Positions 9,277 through 18,084 of a stretch of 64,000 nt of DNA are shown here, piece after piece. The stretch spans positions 32,001 to 96,000 of IMG/VR virus record IMGVR_UViG_3300025121_000014. The stretch is one strand, 5' to 3'. The translations under genes were made by a program, and so were the position numbers. The notes beneath the pieces were generated by a model. That model saw only the letters and a list, made by a program, of their open reading frames with translations, had not been told where the DNA came from and did no database searches. Each line of letters opens with the position of its first letter. Position 1 is the first letter of the stretch. The DNA comes from a virus (lineage: Duplodnaviria > Caudoviricetes).

Positions 9277-9933
9277 ATGTTCAATTCAATACATTGGTAT
9301 GATATGTTACAAACAATGAGTGCTATATTAGATAGATACTACAATATAGAAGATGTTATAGATGATTTTTATTATAATTCAGCAGTAACATATAGTGGGG
9401 GGTTTGTAGCATTATCTGATAAATATAAAGAAAGATTTATAAAAGATGTATATGAAGTATATATTATAACTTCATATCCACAGAGGATAAATAAATTGAT
9501 AAAGGAAAATAAATTATGGTTTAGTGATAAAAAATTAAAATATATTTATCATATATTATATGAACACACTAATTATGGTATATTAAGAAAATTATTTATT
9601 AATTATACTTATGGTTTAATAATATCTAAAAAATCAAAAATATATTCAAATATAGATTTAGGATTAGAAGTATCTGATTATTATAATAAATTATTCAAAA
9701 AAATTAGTGAAGAAGTTGATTATATCTATATCGATACTGATACTTTTTATGTAAAAGAAAGTGAAGTAGAAAAAATTATAAATCTTTTTTTAGATAATGA
9801 TATTATTAATTACGAATCAGATGGACCTTATAATTATATATTTTTTAGGAAAAAATCATATATTAAATTTGATAGATATACTATTCTTAGAAAATGTGGA
9901 ATAGAAGAAAAAGAAAATCCCCGTTATTATTAA
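9277..9933 (+). CDS. Minimal, probably inactive family-B DNA polymerase palm-like protein
   Basis: Motifs in PolB order: YSGGFV, ITSYP (motif A without Asp), RKLFINYTYG (motif B), YIDTDTF (motif C), KKSY. The frame is open from 9178, so the real start may lie upstream. Confidence 0.6.
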   Translation: MFNSIHWYDMLQTMSAILDRYYNIEDVIDDFYYNSAVTYSGGFVALSDKYKERFIKDVYEVYIITSYPQRINKLIKENKLWFSDKKLKYIYHILYEHTNYGILRKLFINYTYGLIISKKSKIYSNIDLGLEVSDYYNKLFKKISEEVDYIYIDTDTFYVKESEVEKIINLFLDNDIINYESDGPYNYIFFRKKSYIKFDRYTILRKCGIEEKENPRYY

Positions 9934-9947
9934 AGAGGATTTTTTAA

Positions 9948-10652
9948 TTATTTTTCTAATTCTTTTAACATTTTTATTAATTCAGGTTGTGGATGGCAAT
10001 CTGATTTATCTGATCTGTAAGAAGTATGTCCCCAAACACCAGATTTTCCTAAAAGAGCATCTCTTGAAATATCCCACATATCATCATTATAAGTTAAAGG
10101 AATATTAAATTTATCTTTCCAAAACAATAATAATTGTCTTGTAGTTTCAATTTGTTCATCTGTATATTTTTCAAAATATTTAAAACCTCTAAATGGTTTA
10201 TCATATATTTGAATATTATTAATATCTTTATATTCTTTATTATATGCATCATAATATTTACCATCATCTTTTAATACAAGTGGTCCTAATGAATCTAATT
10301 CAACACCAATAGATGCTTGATTAAGTATTTCATTATTAGCAATATACTGTCTTCCGTTACTATTTGTTTTAAATATAAAATCAATATCATTAGCTTGAAA
10401 TACAGGAACTTTTACACCTAAATGATGAGCCCATGCCGAATTTGTAGAATAACATTGGTATGGAATACCTTTCCAATCAATAATAATATGTGTTGATACT
10501 CTAGCATCATCACTTAACCACCAATTTATATCACCTTGTACTCCTCTATAACTAACCGTATGATGCAAAACAATTTGTTTTTTTTCTGTTCTTTCTTTAT
10601 AATATTGTTCTTCAGGATAATCCACACTTACAATTTTATCTAATATGCTCAT
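9948..10652 (-). CDS. N-acetylmuramoyl-L-alanine amidase (Amidase_2), probable endolysin
   Basis: IVLHHT, STHIIID, AWAH, SIGVEL and GH...KSDCHP Zn-amidase motifs. Confidence 0.88.
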   Translation of the reverse strand: MSILDKIVSVDYPEEQYYKERTEKKQIVLHHTVSYRGVQGDINWWLSDDARVSTHIIIDWKGIPYQCYSTNSAWAHHLGVKVPVFQANDIDFIFKTNSNGRQYIANNEILNQASIGVELDSLGPLVLKDDGKYYDAYNKEYKDINNIQIYDKPFRGFKYFEKYTDEQIETTRQLLLFWKDKFNIPLTYNDDMWDISRDALLGKSGVWGHTSYRSDKSDCHPQPELIKMLKELEK

Positions 10653-10669
10653 TATATTTTAATTATTTT

Positions 10670-11182
10670 TTATATTATCTTAAATTTAGATAATTTTTCT
10701 TTTATATTTTCATTATATTTAATTCTAATTAATTTAATATTATTATCTTTACAAAAATTATTTTTAATATTATCTAATTTTTTTCTATATTTAAAATCTT
10801 TTTGACCTCCCCAATGTTTTATAGGTTTAAAATGTTGTTCTCCGTCAAATTCTATACACAAATTATCTTTTGGTAAATAAAAATCAAACGGTAATATTCT
10901 TTTATATTTACATTTACCAAATTTTTTTTGTGTTTCAAATAGAATGTTATTATTATTTAATAAATTTTTTATTTCTCTTTCTCCCTTACTTTCATTACAT
11001 ATAGGGCATCCTGATCTATTTAAATGACTATTTGGAGTTTGTTCAAATTCTCCATGTTCTTTACATATAATTTTAATTTTAGTTTCGTTATTTTTATAAT
11101 TTACTAATGAGTAATCATATTTATTACTATGTATATTTTTAGCTCTTTCTACAATTTCTTTTGTAGTTAATTTTTTTGACAC
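10670..11182 (-). CDS. Homing-type endonuclease: DUF723-like Zn repeat plus PD-(D/E)xK domain
   Basis: YDYSLVNY...IICKEHGEF...HL...GCPIC, followed by LPFDFYLP...IEFDGEQH...LIRIKY. Confidence 0.8.
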   Translation of the reverse strand: MSKKLTTKEIVERAKNIHSNKYDYSLVNYKNNETKIKIICKEHGEFEQTPNSHLNRSGCPICNESKGEREIKNLLNNNNILFETQKKFGKCKYKRILPFDFYLPKDNLCIEFDGEQHFKPIKHWGGQKDFKYRKKLDNIKNNFCKDNNIKLIRIKYNENIKEKLSKFKII

Positions 11183-11189
11183 TTAATTT

Positions 11190-11714
11190 TTAATTATTTT
11201 TTTGTAAGAATTTCTTTTTTATTTGTTTACGATATTCTTCTCTTGATAATGTTTGATCAATAGAATATCTTTTGCCATTATTTTTTTCATCAGTAGCAAT
11301 CCAATTTTCTTCATTTTTTAATTGTTCGTTAATAATATTTTGATTTTTGTCTTCTGTTTGTTTTTCTTCAGTTTCAAAGTCATCTATTTTTCTAAGAGTT
11401 TCTAAGATATAATTTTTTAAATCCACAATATCTTCTTTTTTAAAAGTAATTTCATAAATATCATCATCTTTAAATATAATATATGAATCATTTTCCATTC
11501 TTACATCTTCATAAAAATTTATTCTATCTCCTATTCTACCGAATTTTAATATATCACGATTAAATAATCTTTTATATTTAATTGTGAAATCGTCTAATTT
11601 CCTAAACTCGTCTTTTGTGGATCCTACTATTTTTCGGGATTTACCAAAATCTAATGTAAAGAAATCCAATCCACGAAGATTTCTCAGAAAGTAAGTACTT
11701 GATACTATTATCAT
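11190..11714 (-). CDS. Hypothetical protein
   Basis: 174-aa ORF in the minus-strand operon leading to the amidase. Confidence 0.7.
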   Translation of the reverse strand: MIIVSSTYFLRNLRGLDFFTLDFGKSRKIVGSTKDEFRKLDDFTIKYKRLFNRDILKFGRIGDRINFYEDVRMENDSYIIFKDDDIYEITFKKEDIVDLKNYILETLRKIDDFETEEKQTEDKNQNIINEQLKNEENWIATDEKNNGKRYSIDQTLSREEYRKQIKKKFLQKNN

Positions 11715-11732
11715 ATGTAATTTATTATATTT

Positions 11733-12212
11733 TTAAAATGTTGATGAGTCTTCTAAATCACTATCAGAATCTGGTAATGTTTTAGCTGTTGCTTCCTCAC
11801 TTGTTTCTGAGTCTAATTCAGAAAATAATTCAAGAATTTTATCTTCGTTTATATCTTTTACATTAACATCTTTTCCTAGTGTTCTATAAAGATTTCCATC
11901 GCTATCATATTTTTTAACTTTAATGTAGCAATCTGTTAATTGGTCTTGTGCTACATCTTTTAATGAAATAATTATATATACTTGATAATGAAATTGATCA
12001 TCATCAAAATCAAACACTAAATTTTTATCTGGTTCATTTAAATTACTAATATTAATATCCCCTAGTGTAGCTCCATTAAGTGATAATGATCCATTTATAA
12101 ACCAATCATTAATATTTTTCGTTAATTCTTTAAAGAAAGATTGAATCATATAATCAGGTGTTTCAATATATTTCTCATTAAGGAATTCAGAATATTTTTT
12201 TATATTTTTCAT
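11733..12212 (-). CDS. Acidic hypothetical protein with CTS-like N-terminus (MKNIKKYSEFLNE)
   Basis: 159-aa ORF with the shared N-terminal motif. Confidence 0.75.
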   Translation of the reverse strand: MKNIKKYSEFLNEKYIETPDYMIQSFFKELTKNINDWFINGSLSLNGATLGDINISNLNEPDKNLVFDFDDDQFHYQVYIIISLKDVAQDQLTDCYIKVKKYDSDGNLYRTLGKDVNVKDINEDKILELFSELDSETSEEATAKTLPDSDSDLEDSSTF

Positions 12213-12302
12213 TTATTAATATTTTTGTTTGATTATATATATAAAATTGTATTTCATTAATTTATATATAAAAAAAATAGACTTAAAAAAAATAATATTT
12301 TT

Positions 12303-12506
12303 ATGAAAAAACAAGAAAGAAAGAAAGTAGAACATTATAGCATACTTAAAATGATATTACGAATTTTAACACTTGCAATTGCAATTTGGGCATTAGTCAT
12401 AGCATATCAAGCTAAACAAACAGCCGAATGGGTGAATATTAAACAAGATAATGTTATTGAACAATTATTATTTAATAATAATTCACCAATAATTAAAAAA
12501 AATTAA
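12303..12506 (+). CDS. Small single-pass membrane protein
   Basis: Basic N-terminus followed by hydrophobic ILRILTLAIAIWALVIAY. Confidence 0.65.
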   Translation: MKKQERKKVEHYSILKMILRILTLAIAIWALVIAYQAKQTAEWVNIKQDNVIEQLLFNNNSPIIKKN

Positions 12507-12519
12507 GTTTATAATAATT

Positions 12520-12885
12520 ATGAAAAATATAAAACAATTTGAACAATTTATTAATGATAATTTTAATAACCCGTTTAAAAGAAAAAACATAATTAGAATA
12601 ATTGAAAATCCACCAAAAGGTTCAATATATTCTGAACCACGAGAAAACGAGTTAGAATTTATTAAGTTAACTAATTTAGATAATGGTAGATGGAAAATAG
12701 AATTTAAAGATTATACTATGGAATATGGTTGGGGATTTTTTATTTATAATCAATTAGATAATGAAATTGAAGATATTGAAAGATATGGCTATGAACAACA
12801 ACAAATACCACATTATTTAGAACCAACAGAAGATACAATTATAGATATTAAAAAGATTATTCAAAAAAATAAAAAGAAGGTATGA
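12520..12885 (+). CDS. Hypothetical protein with CTS-like N-terminus (MKNIKQFEQFIND)
   Basis: 121-aa ORF with the shared N-terminal motif. Confidence 0.7.
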   Translation: MKNIKQFEQFINDNFNNPFKRKNIIRIIENPPKGSIYSEPRENELEFIKLTNLDNGRWKIEFKDYTMEYGWGFFIYNQLDNEIEDIERYGYEQQQIPHYLEPTEDTIIDIKKIIQKNKKKV

Positions 12886-13352
12886 AAAATATAAAAGGTT
12901 TTAATCAATTTTTAAATGAAGATGGTTCCACAACTGCTGTTGTAGGATCAGGAACTGCCGTAAGTGGTCCATCTTTTTCAAGTGTATCTGTTGCAGGAGT
13001 TAGCATAGACGGTGGGCATTCAACACAAGGGAGTAGTGGTGTATCTACATTAGGCAATGTATCTGGTATGGGAGATGTTGTTTCTGCTCAACCATCTGAT
13101 ACACCAGGTGATGTTGCTGGTAGTACTAAAGGATCAGGTGATATTGGACAAACTTTAAAACCATTTACTAAATCATTTCCTAATACAAGAAAGAAGAAAA
13201 AAGAAAAAAAGAAAAAAACTAATTCTGAAAAAGGAGCACAAATAGATAAATTTTACACTTCTAAATATTCAGAAAAATATATAAAATCTGGAAATGTAAT
13301 TCAAGATTGGAAAACATTTAATAAAGAAAAAAATGGTAATAAAAAAGTTTAA
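12882..13352 (+). CDS. G/S/T-rich low-complexity protein with CTS-like N-terminus (MKNIKGFNQFLNE)
   Basis: 156 aa with a G/S-rich middle and Lys-rich tail. ATGA overlap with the upstream gene. Confidence 0.7.
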   Translation: MKNIKGFNQFLNEDGSTTAVVGSGTAVSGPSFSSVSVAGVSIDGGHSTQGSSGVSTLGNVSGMGDVVSAQPSDTPGDVAGSTKGSGDIGQTLKPFTKSFPNTRKKKKEKKKKTNSEKGAQIDKFYTSKYSEKYIKSGNVIQDWKTFNKEKNGNKKV

Positions 13353-14467
13353 TATTTTTATAAATGAAAATATAACTAGTTTACTTAAAGGAAAATCTAA
13401 TGATGAAATGATTAAAGCATTAGAAGGTTTATCAAATAATAAGAAAATAGAATATATAATTGCATATCAATTAGATTATGATTTATTACCAAGAGATAAA
13501 AATGGTAGATGTATTTATCATAATAATGAAGATGAATATGGTGCTTATAGTTGTAATCTAACTGGTTATGGGATAAAAAAATTACCTGATAATTTAACAG
13601 TTCATGGTAATCTGATTTGTAATAATAACCCAGAATTAACTGAATTGCCTAAAGGATTAATCGTTAATGGTGATATGTATTTTTTTGATTATCCTAAAGA
13701 ATTAAAATTACCACATGATATACAATTAAGTGGAAAATATTATCATAGTATTAAAGGTAAAAAATTAATAATAGAAAATATAAAAGATTTACTTAAAGGT
13801 AAATCAGATGATGAAATTGAAAAAAAATTAAAAGTAAGTTCTGACGAAAATATAGCTCGTGGTGTGTTTAGTTATAATTTACCACTTAAATATTTACCTA
13901 AAAATTATGATAAATTAGTAAAAGATATTATTAAAGAAATAAAAGAACTTGTTAAAGAATATGGTGGTAATATTACTGTATATGATTTGGGTGTAGAAAG
14001 TATTGATTATGAAGGTGAAACACATTATTATGCAATATCTGTATTAACTACTGATTATGTATGGGTAGAGGAATATCTATTAACTGATTTTACTAAAAAT
14101 AGAACATATGAAGCACCATATGAAGAATTAAATTATTATCAATTAAGTGAAATAAAAGAAACAATAGAATGGGCAATTGGATCAGGAAATTTAGAACATA
14201 AATTATATGAAAGTGTTAAAGATTTATTAAAAGCAAAATCATATGAAGATGTTGAAAAACAATTAATTGGTTTATCGGATTTAGAAAGAATTATAAAAAT
14301 AGAAGAACACGATTTACCAAAAGAATATTTACCAAATAATTATAACGATATTAAAAAAATACTTATAAATGGTATTAAAAGCAAATTAAAACAGTTTAAT
14401 AATGTTTTAAATTTTTTAAATGATTTTGATTTACAAGACGAATTATATTTATACCCATATATTTTAT
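13333..14467 (+). CDS. 5' part of a modular LRR-containing CTS-like protein, interrupted by the TnpB element
   Basis: Three xE-(N/S)(I/V)xxLLKxKS modules and LPDNLTVHGNL repeats. It rejoins 15764-16308 in frame when the IS is removed (559 aa total). The annotated ORF runs on into the IS left end to 14562. Confidence 0.7.
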
Positions 14468-15763
14468 ACATCTTGTCAAAGAAAACCACCAAATCTTCAG
14501 TTTGGTGGATGAATTTGACTTCCAAAAACGGAAAAAACAGACTTTTAACTTTTAATATATAATTTAAAGGAAAAATAAAATATCTTTAAAAATGTTAAAA
14601 TCATATAAATACAGAATATACCCAAATCAAGCCCAAAAAGAACTTCTTTCAAAGATTTTTGGTCAAGTAAGATTTGTATATAATCTTGGTTTAGAAACTA
14701 AAATAACAGCATATACAGGAAACAAAAAAAATATTGATGTGTTTGATTTAAATAAGCAAATTAAAGAATTAAAAGATAATGAATGTGAATGGTTAAAAGA
14801 AAGCCCATCACAAGCACTTCAAATGAGTATGTCTAATCTAGATAATGCTTATACAAATTTCTTTAGAGGAAAAGGTTTTCCAAAATTTAAGAATAAATAT
14901 TCAAAACAATCATTTCAACTACCACAAGGTGTTTGGTTATCAGATAATAATAAACAAATTTTTATACCGAAATTAAAATTCACCGATATAGATTTACATC
15001 GTGAATTTAAAGGCGATATTAAAACTGTAACAGTAAGTAAATCAATAACTAATAAATATTATATATCAATTTTAACAGATAATTTACAACCTAAACCAGA
15101 AAAAAAACCAATTAAGTTAAATACAACAATTGGAATTGATTTAGGGATTAAAGATTTTGCTATCACTTCAGATGGAAAGAAATTCAAGAACCACGATTTC
15201 TTTAAATCTGCTTTAAGAGAACTAAGGGTTGAACAGCGATCTCTTAGTAGGAAAAAGAAAGGATCAAACCATTACAATCAACAAAAAATGAAAGTCGCTT
15301 TAATACACGAACACATTAAAAATCAAAGAGAAGATTATTTACATAAAATCAGTAAATATTTAGTTGATAATTATGACACTATATGTATTGAAAATCTTGG
15401 TGTATCTAATATGATTAAAAATCATAAATTATCTAAAGCAATATCAGATATGGGATGGAATAAATTTAAATCTATGCTTGATTATAAATGTGAATGGTAT
15501 GGTAAAAATTTAAGTGTGATTGGTAGATTTGATCCGTCAAGTAAATCATGTAGTTCTTGTGGGACAATAAATAAAGAATTAACATTAAAAGATAGAGAAT
15601 GGGTTTGTAAAGAGTGTGGTGTTAAACACGATAGGGATATTAATGCTGCAATAAATATAAGAAATTTTGGGTTGAGGAACCAACCTAGCGTCACACAAAG
15701 TGAATGGTTGCATTGTGCTTGTGGCGTAGAAACACACAAATCTTCAGTTTGTGTGTAGTTCAT
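14468..15763 (+). mobile_element. IS200/IS605-family TnpB-only (IS1341-like) element, 1296 bp
   Basis: Preceded by TTTAT (14463-14467). Left-end hairpin gtcaaagaaaaccaccaaatcttcagtttggtggatgaatttgac; right-end hairpin gaaacacacaaatcttcagtttgtgtgtagttcat. No tnpA. Confidence 0.85.
14592..15758 (+). CDS. tnpB: TnpB RNA-guided endonuclease
   Basis: N-terminal YKYRIYP HTH, GIDLG, ICIENL, CSSCG...CKECG and HDRDINAA. The stop codon lies inside the right-end hairpin. Confidence 0.95.
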   Translation: MLKSYKYRIYPNQAQKELLSKIFGQVRFVYNLGLETKITAYTGNKKNIDVFDLNKQIKELKDNECEWLKESPSQALQMSMSNLDNAYTNFFRGKGFPKFKNKYSKQSFQLPQGVWLSDNNKQIFIPKLKFTDIDLHREFKGDIKTVTVSKSITNKYYISILTDNLQPKPEKKPIKLNTTIGIDLGIKDFAITSDGKKFKNHDFFKSALRELRVEQRSLSRKKKGSNHYNQQKMKVALIHEHIKNQREDYLHKISKYLVDNYDTICIENLGVSNMIKNHKLSKAISDMGWNKFKSMLDYKCEWYGKNLSVIGRFDPSSKSCSSCGTINKELTLKDREWVCKECGVKHDRDINAAINIRNFGLRNQPSVTQSEWLHCACGVETHKSSVCV

Positions 15764-16308
15764 CTACTATAAGTAAAATTGTTAAAATAAAACAATATGG
15801 TTTAGATAAAAAATATATGCCATCAAAAGATGAAATTAAAAAAGAATTTGATAATTGGGGTAATAGTATACATAGTACAGATTTAAAAATTTATCATATA
15901 ATTATATTAGAATTACCATTTGATTTATTACCTATAAGAAAAGAACCGAGTAAATTAAAAACAATTTATAAAGGGAATAAAAATAAAATTATTTGTAGTA
16001 CAGAGTTAGATGTAAGTTATAAAAATATAACTAAATTGCCAGATAATTTAGTTATTTATGGTGATTTGAATTGTAGTAGTAATCAATTAACTGAATTACC
16101 AAAAGGATTAGAAGTATTTGGAAATTTAAAAGCAAGTTATAATAATTTAACCGAATTTCCAGATGATACAATAGTACACGGATATTTAGATATAACTGGT
16201 ACTAAAATAACTAAAATACCTAAAACAGCAGTAATTTGGGAAGCTATATATTCTGATTATAAGTTAAATTATTTTAACCCAAAATCTGATGAAGAACATA
16301 TATTATAG
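15764..16308 (+). CDS. 3' part of the IS-interrupted LRR protein
   Basis: STISKIVKIKQYGLDKKYMPS matches the helical module of neighbouring paralogues, and ITKLPDNLVIYGDL-type repeats follow. The annotated GTG at 15751 lies inside the IS end. Confidence 0.7.
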
Positions 16309-16311
16309 AAT

Positions 16312-17016
16312 ATGAAAACATTTAAACAATTTATTAATGAAAATGTAAAAGATTTACTAACAGGAAAATCTGATGATGTTATTAGTAAAGAATTAGATAA
16401 ATTAAAAATACAAGATAAATTAAGATATATTCAAAAATATGATTTATCTGATAAATTTATGCCATCTGATAAGGAAATTAAAAATTATTTAAATAAATTC
16501 AGCACATATCAAATTATTGATAAAATACATTATTTAAATTTACCTAAAAAATTTATGCCAACTGATGAAGAAATTAAAAAATTAAAACCTTCGAAATTAT
16601 TAGAATTTATATCAAGAGGATGTATTTCTAAAAAATTTGAACCTACAAAAAAAGATTTAAATACATTTATGGAAAATATACCTAATGATATTAAAAATAT
16701 ATTGCAAATATATATTGATGCTGACGATAATTATGAATCAACAGGATTTTTTTTAAATTTTATTGATCAATTTACTACTTGTAAAAATTATTATAAATAT
16801 ATAATAGATATTGTTAATACTCACATAGAAGATTATTCTGACCATGAACCTAATCCATATTCACATATTAAATCTGATCAAGAAAAACTAAATTTTATGG
16901 ATTCTGATTTACTAATAGAATTTGTTGGTAATGGTATTTTTTATATTGATAGTAACACATATAATCATTTTATAGAAGATTTGAAAAAAACTAGTTGGAA
17001 TGATATAGTGGAATAG
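16312..17016 (+). CDS. Hypothetical protein with CTS-like N-terminus (MKTFKQFINE-NVKDLLTGKS)
   Basis: 234 aa. This is the closest match to the T4 IPII/IPIII CTS MKTYQEFIAE. Confidence 0.8.
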   Translation: MKTFKQFINENVKDLLTGKSDDVISKELDKLKIQDKLRYIQKYDLSDKFMPSDKEIKNYLNKFSTYQIIDKIHYLNLPKKFMPTDEEIKKLKPSKLLEFISRGCISKKFEPTKKDLNTFMENIPNDIKNILQIYIDADDNYESTGFFLNFIDQFTTCKNYYKYIIDIVNTHIEDYSDHEPNPYSHIKSDQEKLNFMDSDLLIEFVGNGIFYIDSNTYNHFIEDLKKTSWNDIVE

Positions 17017-17053
17017 ATTTAACAAGTTAACGAAAATATTTATTAATTTTTTT

Positions 17054-17091
17054 AAAAATCTATTTTTAATATATATTAAAAATAGATTTTT
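17054..17091. repeat. Perfect 38-bp palindrome centred on a TTAATATATA motif
   Basis: aaaaatctatttttaatat|atattaaaaatagattttt. Confidence 0.9.
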
Positions 17092-17095
17092 TGCA

Positions 17096-17539
17096 ATGAT
17101 TTATAAATTTAGTGAATTTGAAAGATTAAATGAGGAAACAAAACCAAGTAAAATATATAAAAATGTTATGTTTGATGATTACGAAATTAGAATTGGTCGT
17201 AATAGTCAGGTCAATGATATATTAACATTTGAATATGCTAATGATAATGATTTATGGTTTCATGTTAGTGGATACCCTGGTTCACATGTTGTAATAAAAG
17301 TTAAGGAAAATCAAGAAACACCAAACAAAGTTATTTTAGAAGCTTCTAGATTAGCTATTTATAATTCTAAGGCAAAAGGAAAAGGATTAGTTAAAGTAGT
17401 CTATACAGAAAGAAAAAACGTTACTAAGACCGATAAACATAATCCAGGGCAAGTTAGTGTTGATTATAGTAAATCAAAATTTATAAAAATAGAAGTTTTA
17501 AAAAAATATAATATAAATGAAACATATAAAAATATTTAA
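17096..17539 (+). CDS. Stand-alone NFACT-R (DUF814, RqcH-type) RNA-binding domain protein
   Basis: IRIGRNSQVNDILTF...DLWFHVSGYPGSHVVIK...ASRLAIYNSKAK...VVYTERKNV. CTS-like N-terminus MIYKFSEFERLNE. Confidence 0.85.
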   Translation: MIYKFSEFERLNEETKPSKIYKNVMFDDYEIRIGRNSQVNDILTFEYANDNDLWFHVSGYPGSHVVIKVKENQETPNKVILEASRLAIYNSKAKGKGLVKVVYTERKNVTKTDKHNPGQVSVDYSKSKFIKIEVLKKYNINETYKNI

Positions 17540-18050
17540 AGAATTTTTTGATAAAGAAAAATTAGATAAAATACCAAATCAATATTTAAATACAATTAAT
17601 GAAAATGTAAAAAATGTTCTTCTACCTAAATCAGATGATGAAATTAAAAAAGAATTATCTAAATTAGATGTATACGATAGAATAGAAGTTATTACTAAAA
17701 ATAATTTATCACCAGAATATTTACCATCAAAAGAAGAAATTGCAAAAGCACATGAAGAAAAATATAATTCATATAGCGATAAATGGTCAAAAGGATATTT
17801 TAATACTGAAACACTTAAAGTTAAAACACCATATTGGAATATTTATATTCCAAAATGTAAAAGTTGTGATGAAGTTACCGAATTAAAAAATTGTTTTATA
17901 GACAGACAAATGATAGGAAATGTTTATCAAACATTATGTAATTGTAGTAAATGTAATAAATATATATTACTTGACGAAGACAAATATGATGATTTAATGA
18001 GATATATAGAAAATAATAAAGAAGTAAAAGGAAATAATGATAAACTATAA
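17517..18050 (+). CDS. CTS-like protein with a C-terminal Zn-ribbon
   Basis: MKHIKIFKEF...INENVKNVLLPKSDDE; CKSC...CNCSKC. Confidence 0.75.
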   Translation: MKHIKIFKEFFDKEKLDKIPNQYLNTINENVKNVLLPKSDDEIKKELSKLDVYDRIEVITKNNLSPEYLPSKEEIAKAHEEKYNSYSDKWSKGYFNTETLKVKTPYWNIYIPKCKSCDEVTELKNCFIDRQMIGNVYQTLCNCSKCNKYILLDEDKYDDLMRYIENNKEVKGNNDKL

Positions 18051-18084
18051 AAGGTTTAAATAAATTAAAATATTAGTATAGTTA

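Noticed and set aside
12303-12506. Holin or spanin call for the small membrane protein
   Set aside because: It has one TM segment only, is transcribed away from the amidase, and has no lipobox partner. Left as a membrane protein.
14470-14478. Alternative IS boundary with target TGTCA and TCA microhomology
   Set aside because: It also restores frames for the two large elements, but the 50-bp element lacks TGTCA at that position, whereas all three share TTTAT at identical spacing.
14468-14591. IStron (group I intron-IS hybrid) explaining the in-frame interruption
   Set aside because: Only 124 bp separate the left end from tnpB, too short for a group I intron core.
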